Part shown: one piece after another, positions 26,140 through 37,000 of the stretch
Numbering within the stretch: position 1 is the first letter of the stretch
How the letters are laid out: each line of letters opens with the position of its first letter
The notes under the pieces: generated by a model
What the model was told of the DNA's origin: nothing
Databases searched by the model: none
The model's input: the letters and a program-made list of their open reading frames with translations, nothing else
Position numbers and translations under genes: made by a program
IMG/VR virus record: IMGVR_UViG_3300017719_000004
Coordinates: 18,644 to 82,643 of that record
DNA from: a virus
Taxonomy: Duplodnaviria > Caudoviricetes
Length of the DNA: 64,000 nucleotides
Reading direction: 5' to 3' (one strand)

Positions 26140-27027
26140 TCAGCATTTCCACTTTCTTAGTGCTAGAGCTTTACGAGTAGGTTCACCGTTAGGTTTCTTC
26201 ATTGCACCTTTCATGCCGCCCATACGAGCGCAGAAGGATCTTTTTCTAGGACCACCTTCAGGTTGAGGTGCTTTGAGATCACTGCCAGGATTCTCACGCT
26301 CATAAGACTTACGGCCCTTTTCATTCAGACCACCTTTTTTATTCTTACCTTCACTGCGTTGCCATGCAGCAGACTTTTCTTCAATATTCTCACCTTCATG
26401 CTCGACAGATTGATTGAGCATTTGATTAGTCATCTTATCAATTCTCATCTTTCTATCACCAAGCTTGCCAGCAAGTCCTTGATTGCCAGTGGGACCCTTA
26501 ACTTGTTTCTTAGCAAGTGGGTTTTTAATATCTAGATTTGGGTGACCAATATATCCGTCTCCAGGTTTTCCACCAACAAATTCATTAACAAGACCCTCTT
26601 CTACTTTCTGAGAGACATTCTTAATAGCAAATGCATCCCAATAATCAGGACCATAAGCACACTCTTCTCTAACTTCCATCTTCTCACACTTAGGACAGAA
26701 TCTCATATCTGTCTCCTCAATCAACTCACCTTCCGGTTGATATCCAGCCATTTGTGTGGATGGTTTCTTTTGAGCTAAAGGAAGTTGTGGTCCAGATTTC
26801 TTTAAGAACGCATCCCTTTCATTGGGATTAGTTGTACTCTTTCCTTTATTATAAATCTTACTACCTTTCATAGCACCTTTGTGCCCTGGTCCGATAGTAA
26901 AACTTCCCTCTGTAATTTTTACAGAAGAATCGTCAACTTTAGGAGATTCAAAATCCCCTGTAGTTGACGGTTTCTTTTTCTTTGCTTCTGTTAGAAAGTT
27001 AGAAATATCGGAATATGACAGTGACAT
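26140..27027 (-). CDS. DUF6321-like protein, putative gp21-processed internal head protein
   Basis: C-terminal GGLNEKGRKSY...RKRSFCARM...ALRKWKC; many [ILV]xE sites; late promoter upstream. Confidence 0.7.
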   Translation of the reverse strand: MSLSYSDISNFLTEAKKKKPSTTGDFESPKVDDSSVKITEGSFTIGPGHKGAMKGSKIYNKGKSTTNPNERDAFLKKSGPQLPLAQKKPSTQMAGYQPEGELIEETDMRFCPKCEKMEVREECAYGPDYWDAFAIKNVSQKVEEGLVNEFVGGKPGDGYIGHPNLDIKNPLAKKQVKGPTGNQGLAGKLGDRKMRIDKMTNQMLNQSVEHEGENIEEKSAAWQRSEGKNKKGGLNEKGRKSYERENPGSDLKAPQPEGGPRKRSFCARMGGMKGAMKKPNGEPTRKALALRKWKC

Positions 27028-27054
27028 GCCTAAAACTATAGAACCATGATTCTA

Positions 27055-27339
27055 TTATTTAGGTTTATCCTCTGTCTTATCCAATGTAGGTGCTTGTTTT
27101 GATTCTTCCTTCTTCTTAGAAGGCATGACACCGAAAGTCGCTAGCGTTCCTGTGAAGACGCTGGCGATAAAAGTCGGATCGATATTTTTCTGAGGAACAC
27201 CAGGAACAGTTACATAATTAAGAGTCAGAATTGCTGCTGACCATCCAAGAATAATAACTCGGACGAGAGTTGATACACCCTCATCCGCCCACTCAAATTT
27301 GTTTTCCTTTTTGGCTTCCTCTTTCTTTGGGGTTTCCAT
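27055..27339 (-). CDS. 94-aa two-TM membrane protein
   Basis: Two hydrophobic segments with charged termini. Confidence 0.75.
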   Translation of the reverse strand: METPKKEEAKKENKFEWADEGVSTLVRVIILGWSAAILTLNYVTVPGVPQKNIDPTFIASVFTGTLATFGVMPSKKKEESKQAPTLDKTEDKPK

Positions 27340-27359
27340 AAGTAAAGAGTTAGGCTCTT

Positions 27360-27566
27360 TTATTTATTTTCAGAAAAGTTATATTCCATTAGCATAGCAA
27401 AATATTTTTCTTTCATTTCCCAAAGAAATTCTTGCTCCTCTATCGGTCTGGCAGGAGATCCTGGCCACATCTTTATAGAGTAATCTAAATGATTATACAT
27501 CATACGAACTTCATCAATACCAATATTGACACTGCAATACCACTCGTCAGGATCTAATCCTCTCAC
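27360..27566 (-). CDS. hypothetical protein
   Basis: WPGSPARP motif; GTGA overlap with gp16. Confidence 0.7.
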   Translation of the reverse strand: MRGLDPDEWYCSVNIGIDEVRMMYNHLDYSIKMWPGSPARPIEEQEFLWEMKEKYFAMLMEYNFSENK

Positions 27567-27970
27567 TTGCTTTTATTCATTTCTTTTAACATTTTTTGTA
27601 GTTCCGCAGTACTACCTACAAACATAGCATTGTTTGTGACATTGGTTGTACCCTTTACTTCTTCTTTTACTTCCTTAATATCTTTCTGAAGCTTCATTAA
27701 TTTGTCAGTATTATCTGCCACATTTTTGAGTAATTGCCCTGCAACCTCATATGCCCTAGGAGACTGAGTTTCTTCAGCAAGCTCCATAATACCATTCAAT
27801 GCTTCTTGACCCTTTTCTATCAAAGAGTATAAGTTTGCTCTGGTGTAGTCATAATCTTTATCAGTATCGCTTTTTGTTAAACGATCTGGTTTCTCCTTTT
27901 TACTAGGAGTTACATCAATAGTTTCACTAGTTGTATTTAATGATGCATCTATCTCGCTAAAATTATTCAT
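27563..27970 (-). CDS. gp16: terminase small subunit gp16
   Basis: DYDYTRANLY...SPRAYEVAGQL...FVGSTAELQKML. Confidence 0.93.
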   Translation of the reverse strand: MNNFSEIDASLNTTSETIDVTPSKKEKPDRLTKSDTDKDYDYTRANLYSLIEKGQEALNGIMELAEETQSPRAYEVAGQLLKNVADNTDKLMKLQKDIKEVKEEVKGTTNVTNNAMFVGSTAELQKMLKEMNKSK

Positions 27971-28767
27971 ACATCCTCTTGTCTAGTAGGACTGTATACT
28001 TTACCATCATCAAAGAAAGTAGTAGTCTCATTGAATCCAAAATCATCATCTGCATCCGCATCAATTGGATCAGGAGTGACAGTATACCTTACCTCGCGCT
28101 TGGCAGTTTGTGTATCAGTATCAGAGTAGTAATCCAATTGTACTTTCTTGATAAGTCCGTCTGTACTTTCTGCAATAGGACCGAATAGATATGTCTTAGC
28201 ACTAAAGTTTAGTGTATAAATCAGAACTCTTCTTGTAGAAAAATCCCCCTCATACTCATCAGTAAATGAAATATTTTCTAATATAATAGGGATATCTCTT
28301 TTTTCTCCAATTGAATTGATCAAGTCTACAGTAATATTAAATGATGGTTGGAAGAATGGAAGAATCTGCTCTACAATTTGTAAAGCATCGTCATTCAACT
28401 TTGTCATAATATTCAGTTCAAACCCAACATTATATGGAACTGGTAAAAATACTTTCTTTACCCGATCTTGATTATCAATAGCTTTAAATGTCTTTGTTAC
28501 GGAAGTTTTCCTACTCGGGTCATAAGAAAGACTTGACATCTCAAAAGACATTCTGGGTAGAGTAATAGCAGTTGCTTTTGCTAACTCTTGTTGTTGCTGT
28601 AACTTAGCAAGAAATTTAGACCTAGGACCATATCCTAAAGGAACTTTAATATCGCTAATAGTATTTCCGCCTTTGTCTTCTTTTTGAATGTGAATGTCGT
28701 TAAATAATGTTCCGAAAGACACAACTGTCTTGCGGAGAATTTCGTGATAAAAATAAGTGCCTAACAT
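27967..28767 (-). CDS. gp15: tail sheath stabiliser / terminator gp15
   Basis: YFYHEILRKTVVSFGTLFN, TLPRMSFE, QIVEQILPFFQP. Confidence 0.95.
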   Translation of the reverse strand: MLGTYFYHEILRKTVVSFGTLFNDIHIQKEDKGGNTISDIKVPLGYGPRSKFLAKLQQQQELAKATAITLPRMSFEMSSLSYDPSRKTSVTKTFKAIDNQDRVKKVFLPVPYNVGFELNIMTKLNDDALQIVEQILPFFQPSFNITVDLINSIGEKRDIPIILENISFTDEYEGDFSTRRVLIYTLNFSAKTYLFGPIAESTDGLIKKVQLDYYSDTDTQTAKREVRYTVTPDPIDADADDDFGFNETTTFFDDGKVYSPTRQEDV

Positions 28768-30197
28768 CAGAAGTTGCCAAAGGGATTACGCTCAGTGAAG
28801 TCAAGGATACCATCTGCTTCACTTTCAATTTCGTCATTGAAAGTAAATGTGCTTGTAGTATCAATTCCAGTATGATTTAGAATTTGATATCTAGCAGACG
28901 ATGCAGTTCCTGTAATAAACTCACCAGGGTAGAACACACCATTATTTATTGAGATTTCTAACTTTCGGTCAGTTACATTAAATGCTCTCACATATCCTTC
29001 AGTTCCAGACTCGGATCCGACTACTCTTTCGTTGAAGAAATATGTTCCAACTCCAAGAGAAAGAGGATCTCCAATCGTAATTAATGGAGCTTGTTCGTAC
29101 CCAGATCCAGCATTTGTTAGGAAGATTCTACTTAGACTATCCCCGTCTAAAATTGAGATAGCAGTAGCTTGTACCTGACCGGGTTTACTACCAACGGTTG
29201 CACCAGTAGTTCCGATAGCAACATTTGCCGGATGTTGAATACTAATTAACGGTGGACTTACATAATTTGTTCCAAGATCTGTAATACGGATTGAGGTAAT
29301 ACCGCTGTTTGTAAGAGATGCTGTTGCAGCTGCACCTACACCAGGACCACCAAATGTAAATGCCGGTGATTCTGTATATGCAAATCCGGGGTTTTGTAGG
29401 ACTACCTGATCAATAGAATATAAACCGGACCTTTCGGTTGTGAATGCAAAGGCACCTGCTCTAGATGAAGTAACACCAGCAGGAGAGGGTTCGATAGTGA
29501 CACTGGGTGCGCTAGTATAACCGTATCCATCATCGTTCAGGAAAATTTGTCCTAATGCTCCTTGACTAGCGAAGGAATCAACAACCGCTATGGCTGTTGA
29601 ACCAATGCCTGCCAAAACGACAGTACTGGTCTCACCTTCTTCCATCGCTCTCTCATCAAGACTAGATATTCCGGTATCAACATACTCATCTTCATAGCGA
29701 AACAGTTCGCATTGAAGTTCGTAGATATAATTTTTGCCTAGTTGATAGAATGGGTTTTCAAATTCTACATGTTTAATTTCAAATATTCTTTCTCCCAAAG
29801 GGAAATAAATTAAATCTCCTTCTTTAGGTCTCTCACCAAAAATAATATCTGTGCCAGCATTTTTGGCATTATGGGTTACAACAAATGGAGCAATAAAATC
29901 TTCATATCTTTCTCTGGAAACTGTGAGAGTAATTTCGTTTTGAAGATTAATGCCAAACTTGGACATGATATCACTACCTTTTGCATATCCCTCATAGTTA
30001 TTGAGATAAGCTTCTAAAATATATGCGTCATTAAATTTAGATGACTGAACTTCTCCGAGCACATCATCAGTGATAATCATTTTTCTTGGAATGTAATAAC
30101 AATCCAATCCGAACATTTTTAAGTGTTCATCAATAAGTTGTTGAACAAGGCTCTGCTCGTTTGGAGATCCTTGAAGAAAAAACGGATTTAGTGCCAT
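28767..30197 (-). CDS. gp14: neck protein gp14 with inserted beta-rich domains
   Basis: RPKEGDLIYFP, PFYQLGKNY, C-terminal DFTERNPFG. Confidence 0.93.
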   Translation of the reverse strand: MALNPFFLQGSPNEQSLVQQLIDEHLKMFGLDCYYIPRKMIITDDVLGEVQSSKFNDAYILEAYLNNYEGYAKGSDIMSKFGINLQNEITLTVSRERYEDFIAPFVVTHNAKNAGTDIIFGERPKEGDLIYFPLGERIFEIKHVEFENPFYQLGKNYIYELQCELFRYEDEYVDTGISSLDERAMEEGETSTVVLAGIGSTAIAVVDSFASQGALGQIFLNDDGYGYTSAPSVTIEPSPAGVTSSRAGAFAFTTERSGLYSIDQVVLQNPGFAYTESPAFTFGGPGVGAAATASLTNSGITSIRITDLGTNYVSPPLISIQHPANVAIGTTGATVGSKPGQVQATAISILDGDSLSRIFLTNAGSGYEQAPLITIGDPLSLGVGTYFFNERVVGSESGTEGYVRAFNVTDRKLEISINNGVFYPGEFITGTASSARYQILNHTGIDTTSTFTFNDEIESEADGILDFTERNPFGNF

Positions 30198-31018
30198 TAC
30201 CCAATCAAATCAAGGGGTGGAAGTTCGTAGGTAGACAACATTCTATCTTCAATACGCTGCAATTCCATTACAGCATCTTCGTAAATTTGTCTGCCATTTA
30301 ATTCAATACCTCCAGGGAGTTTAACTCCTTGGAATTTAGTTAAGTTTGTACCCCACTGTTTCTTAACCAGTTGAGTAAAATACTTCTTTAAAAAAGAATC
30401 ATTGTATACGCCAGCATAATTTGCTGGGTCCATAATTCTTTGGCAGTCAATGATTATGTATGTACCTTCTGATACTGATCCCCAATCAACATCGAGATAC
30501 AAACGATTATTTCTTTTGTTATATCTAATCTGCTTGTTTGTTGAAAGTAAGAAATCAATATCTTCAATATATGTTTTAGTCATCGCATAACTGAGAAGAC
30601 CACTATATCCCAAATTAAAAGCTACATCATTTAAAAACAACTGATATTTAAAACTAAACATGTTGTTTGAGATAAAGCTAGAATCAAACAAAAATACTTT
30701 CTCAACTCCAAGGACCGAATCAGGTACACTCAGATAATTTGTGTTTTCCTCAAAGTCTCCAGATGTTGTAGTAGAAGTAGTAATACCAAGAGATTCGCCA
30801 GCACCTCTTGCTCTGCCTCTTTTGATGTCATCTTCTGAGACCTTATATTTGAGATAAACTCTTTCGACGCCATCAAAGTGACGCTCATAAAAAAGTTGCA
30901 GAGCATCATCTAATGCATCATCTACTTGCTCATCAGCTACATTTATTTCTAAGACGGGATATCCAAGTTGCCTTAAAGCGTAATCTTTTAGTCCGTCTCT
31001 AGTGGTTGGTTTTGCCAT
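30197..31018 (-). CDS. gp13: neck protein gp13
   Basis: LRQLGYPVLEINV, KKQWGTNL.KF.GVKLPGG. Confidence 0.95.
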   Translation of the reverse strand: MAKPTTRDGLKDYALRQLGYPVLEINVADEQVDDALDDALQLFYERHFDGVERVYLKYKVSEDDIKRGRARGAGESLGITTSTTTSGDFEENTNYLSVPDSVLGVEKVFLFDSSFISNNMFSFKYQLFLNDVAFNLGYSGLLSYAMTKTYIEDIDFLLSTNKQIRYNKRNNRLYLDVDWGSVSEGTYIIIDCQRIMDPANYAGVYNDSFLKKYFTQLVKKQWGTNLTKFQGVKLPGGIELNGRQIYEDAVMELQRIEDRMLSTYELPPLDLIG

Positions 31019-34000
31019 CAGAATGTACCTCCATCAACACTGTTAGACCAAATTGGAATGTTATTCTCATCTGTGGTTAGCATGTAATTGGAGGTTGTTA
31101 AGAATCCTACAGTGCTAAGACCACTAACCAGTCTTCCATCTGCTTCAAAGAACGCAACACCGTTAGGTCCGCTATATCCAATACCAGTTAATCCACCTTG
31201 ATCTGATCTGTAATAGAGACCGTCGCGGAATGTACCGTAACCGATTATGCTTAGATTATCTTGGACAGTTACCTGACCAGCAGCAGAATCAAGAACAAGT
31301 TCTCCAGTATTGGTATTTATTTTGGTTGAGGAAGAACCAGCACCAATTGTGACATCAGAGATCGTTGTTACACCAGTAACTCTAAAGTTGTTAGTGGTGA
31401 GAATGCCAGAGACATTGATGTTGATTGCTTCAATACCAGCAGAGCTGGTTACAATTCCTGTAAGAATTGTTCCTTGATCTACTGTCAGAGTGGAGTGGAT
31501 GTTTGCATTAGTAGCAACATCGATTGTTCCAGTCTGAGTTACGCCACGAATACTAGCACCAATTGCTAGTGTCTCGATCTTAATGCCGTTGTTATAGTAT
31601 AGAGTAACAGCACCATCAGCAGTAAAGTTGGCAAGAGTTTCGCCAGTGTACTTCTGAAGTTCTACCTGATTAGAACGGATTGCAAGGGTGCCAGTTCCAG
31701 AATCATCAATGTATGAATTGTCGCCATCATGATAGATGGAGAGATCATCATTATCACCGAAGTGTGCCTTTACATCATCCTTGAAGGAAACAATTCCAGT
31801 GAATACTGCGTTTGTGACAGCAATACCAGTAAGTTTTGCATCAAATGCATCAAGAGCTTCAGTATCAATTGTGGTAATCGTTGCAGCAGTACCGACAGTA
31901 TCTGTTACAGCAAGACCAGTAATGTTGACATCTTTAGCATCTAATGTCTCAATGTCAACCGTAGTGATGGTTGCGTAAGTACCGACCAGTGAAGTTACAA
32001 CACCAGCAGTGATCTTAGCGTCAACTGCGTCGATACTAAGATTGAAGTCAACTCTCTCAGCAAATGTAGATACGCCAGTTACATCGAGTCTCTCAAACTT
32101 AGCAGTGTCGAGGACATCAAGTCTCTGTCTAGGTGCAGCAGTGCCGATACCCAGCTTCTGATTAGCGTCAAGGCGCATGCCCTCAACATTATCAGTATTG
32201 AATCTGATAGTGCCGTTAGCACCTGAGTCATCCAGAGCGATAGAAGTATCGTTCTTCTGGAAAGAGTCAAGTTGGATAGTTGTCGCAGTCAGGATACCCA
32301 GGACATTGACATCACCAGTGATGTTGATTGAACCTGCACCAGCTGGATCAATATTAATATCACCAGATGTAGATTCAATATTATTTCCAGCAATCTGGAT
32401 GTTACCGAATGTACCACTTGTAGGAGTAACAGTGCTGCTGTTAGTTCCGTCAGTAATCTGAAGTGAAGAAAGTGCTTGGAGGCTAGTTACTTGTTGCGAG
32501 AACGATACTGTACCGTTTTCTTGATCAACGAAGAATGCATCTCCAACTCTGAAGTCTCCTCTCTGGTCAATACTGACGAATGATACATCACCGTTATTAA
32601 TTTCGGTAACTTCATTAGCTTGAATTGCTAAGTTAGGATCGTTAGAGAAGTCACCACCAGCACCAACATGATTGAAGTTGAGAGCAAACAGTCTCAGAGA
32701 TACGCCATCGCCATCAGCAATGACACCCTTCTGACCATACTCAATAGCACAACCAACGGAGCGCATGTCTGCACCAAACTGACTGTAATCAGCAAGGATA
32801 ACCTTGGTTGCAGTCCCGATACCACCACCCGCTTGAGTGATACGAATATCTTGATTGCGGATTACATTATCAGTGGTTGTAGTTACTCCACTAGCACCAT
32901 CAAAGTCAAGTAAAAGAACAGTGTCCTTGTCACCAGTGTGTGCAGCAGTAGGGGCAGTAAAGTTGGCAGTATATTTGGCAACTCCTCTTTCAATTCTGAA
33001 ATCGTCGATCCAACCAGTAACATTTTGACTTGCACCGTCGAAGTCGGCACCAATTACGATACCTTTAGATGCGCCATAGTTGGTGGTGTCAGAAGTCTTA
33101 ATGCCTCTCTGAGTACCATCAACAAACAATCTGGTGTCTGTACCGTCTCTAGCAAGTGCATAGTGCTTCCAGACTCCTGTAGCGATGCCTGCGCCAGATC
33201 CAGTAATAGCGGTGGTAGTACCAACCCGCATATCAACTTCACCAGCTGCCCGATACGCAAGACTAATACCTTCAGCATCTGTGCCATTATCTCTTAAATC
33301 AAAGAGAGTTGCGCTAGTCAGACCAGTTGTATTTGAATACGCCCAGAATTCAATTGTGAAATCTGTATTGGTGCCAAAACCAAGATCGCCGCTAGAAGGA
33401 GCACTGATAGAATCATTTGTTCCGTCAAGTGCTAAAGATGCAGTACCAAATTTCTTGACTGTAGTGTCTAGTTGAGCACCATCATTAAATGTAATAGCTT
33501 TAGCAGTTCTAGCTCCGAGAATTTCAAAACCAGTTTGCTTGCCAGTTACATTAAGATATGTTCCGTCGTAATCAGCAACAATAGCAGTTGCAATACCAGT
33601 TGTTCCGTCAGTATCAAAAACGGTAATTGTATTACCAACACCAACAGTTGTAATACCCGTCAGTCTCAGTCTAGTTTCACCAGCAGAAGATAAACCAACA
33701 GATCCAGATATGCCCTTAATACCTTCAGCAGCGAAGTATGAGAAGCAGTTCAGGTACTCAGAACGAGCACCGTTGGTCATGATCAGACCTTTACTGTTCG
33801 GTACAATGAAAGTAACTTCATTGAACAGGAATGCTGCCTCAAGTGATCCAACAGCTGCTTCAGAACCATCAATGTAAGCACCACCACCAGCTTTATATGA
33901 GGAAGGTGCAGAATCTGCAGAATTATAACCGTATGGGTCAGCAGTAGAAGTATTACTACCTTTGTTGAATACTGTTACGCGCTGAACATAAGGAGATCTG

Positions 34001-37000
34001 CTTGTAATCGCAATACCAGGAGCAAACTTAAACGCATAACCCTGATTGCCAGCAGTGTCAAAGAACATATCACCAATCGTGACATCTTCGACGACTGATC
34101 TGTCATTCATCAAGAAGCAGTCTTTCTGCTTAGTAGCAACGGTAGGACAAATCTTGGTAGCACGGAGACCAGCACCCTTAACTGTCAAACCAGCTGGAAC
34201 AGTTAGTGGAAAGACCTCTTCATAAACACCAGCAGCGATGAGAAGAATATCATTAGTACCAATGTTGGAGATCTGAGACAGAGCGTATGCAATCGTTCTG
34301 TATGGCCTTTCTTCAGTGCGTCCACGAGATGCATCACCGTCGTCAACACCGTTAGTAGAAACATACCATGTATCAAGCTTAGCATTGATTGTGGCAATAC
34401 CAATCTGTGCAGGTTCACGCCAGGTGATCGTGCCATCTGGATTGGTACTCAGCATGTGCTGAGTGTTCAGACCAACAACACCAGTGGAGTCATACAGAGA
34501 GGTAATGAAACCTGCCTGAACAAATGCAGAGGTTGCAATACCAACCGAGACAGTTGCATTCAGAATGTCCGCAACTTCAAAGTCAACTGTAGTGATAGTT
34601 GCGGCAGTACCAACAATATCAGTGACTGCTAATCCAGTAATATTTGTCTGTCTTGCATCCAGGGTCTCGATATCGACCGTGGTGATCGTAGCGTAGGTGC
34701 CAACCAGAGAGGTTACGATACCGGCAGTGATCTTAGCGTTAACGATATCACCTTCTGTGGCGTCAATCGTCGTAATAGTAGCAGCAGTACCGACAATATC
34801 GGTAACAGCTAAACCAGTAATATTTGTCTGTCTTGCATCGAGTACATCGATATCGACAGTTGTAATTGTCGCGTATGTACCAACTGTCGAATCAACAATC
34901 AGATCATCAACACGAGCAACGCCGTCGATGTAGATATCTCGCCACTCTTTAGTAGCACTACCAAGATCGAAGGTGTCATCATCGTCAGGAACGATGTCAG
35001 AGTCAACTTCACCAGTAAAGATGATGTTGTCTGTAGTAGAGTCACCAAGACCGATTGTGCCACCGTTAAAGGTTACATTACCAGTAAAGGTTGTAGCTCC
35101 ACCAACTCTGAGATCACCAGTAACCTCAACATCACCAATGGTGGCAGCAGTGCCAACCAAGCTTGTGATGATACCGGCAGTAATCTTGGCATTAACGATA
35201 TCACCTTCTGTTGCATCAATCGTTGTGATTGTTGCAGCAGTGCCGACAATATCAGTAACGGCAAGACCAGTGATGTTTACATCTTTGGCATCAAGAGTCT
35301 CAATGTCAACCGTTGTGATAGTTGCATAAGTACCAACCTGACTAGTAATAATACCAGCAGTGATCTTAGCATCGAGGATGTCAGCAGCATCAAGATGTGC
35401 TGTGCCATCAACATAAATGTCTTTCCACTCTCTATCAGTAGTACCAAGATCCAGAGTGTCATCGGCACTAGGAATAAATTTGAGGTTAGATTCCCAACCC
35501 TCTCTTGCCTGATCGTATATGAATTCTTTGTCAGTTGTTCCCTTAAGGATGATACCGCCGTTATCGGCTGTAGCATCAGCATGTCCACCAGTAGAACTGA
35601 ATCCAAGTTCAATGTTCTTGTCGGTAATCTGAACAACCGTACTCTGAACAAAACTTGTAGTTCCGTTGACTGTCAGATCACCAACAACAGTAAGAGCTCC
35701 ACCAACACGAACATCGTCTTGGAAGTTAGCATCTTGGAAGGTTACATATGTACCTGTCAGTGAGGTGATGATGCCTGTAGTAATCTTGGCATCAAGTGCA
35801 TCAAGATTAGCAAAATCGCCAACAGTGTATGTTAAACCATAACCAACAATAGATGTTACAACACCAGCAACAGTTTTAAGGGTGTTGATATCACCTTCAT
35901 TAGAGTCGAAGGTTGTGATCGTGGCATAGGTGCCAACCAGAGATGTGACTAAACCTGTGGTTACTTTAATATCTCTGAGATCAGCAATCTCAGTATCAAA
36001 GGTTGTAATCGTGGCATAGGTGCCGACCATACTGGTAACAACACCAGCAGTAATCTTAGCTGCCTCAATATCAGCATCAACAAAATCAACTCTAGTGATT
36101 GTTGCTGCAGTACCAACAGTGTCGGTAATAATACCTGACTGAATCTTAGCGTTGGTAATTGCAAAATCAGTTGCTAAACCAGCAGTGACTTTAATATCCT
36201 CAACACCGATATCATTAGCATCGATTTGCGGAACAGATGTTACGCCAGCGATTACTGTGTTACCAGTGCCTTTATCAACAATTACTACACCACCAACATC
36301 CAACAACCCAAAGGGTCGTGTGGTGCCGATACCGACATAACCAAGTTGGTTACCGTCGATCCAATTAATATTTTGATTACCAATTACGAGCTGGTTATCA
36401 CTATCTCCGATAGCAACATTTCGCTCATAACCGATGATGACATTGCCACTACCAAGAGTATCGTTACCAGCAGAGTAACCAATGGCAATGTTCTTACTAC
36501 CGTCTACACTGAAGAGAGTGTAAGGACCAATAGCAATGTTTCTTTGCTGCTGTCTGGTTCCTGTACCACCACTCAGGAAGCGACCATTCCTGCTGGTTAC
36601 GCTACCTGTAAGAGTCTGGAAACCAAACGGCATGGTGAATGTATCACCAACTTCGTAACCATCGCCAGGGGCCATGATTTCGATGTTAGTAATAAGACCA
36701 GTATTACCAGTCTGTAATCTAACTAAGAGTCCAACACCAGATCCACTGGTCTCGGTTACATCTTCTGTCTGATCATAATTTGCAACAGCAGTTTGATCAC
36801 CAACATTTACGCTGAGAGATACCCCATCAACAACAGGGAAAGTCTCACCATACATCGACTGGTTACCCAGAGCAATGTTCTCATCGTTGCCGCTAGAAGA
36901 TAAGGCAAAACCTACCTTATCACCAATCATCAAGTTCTTAGTACCTTGCAAGCGATAGCCTGCAAAGTTACCCATGACGATGTTAGATTCTAACTCGTCA

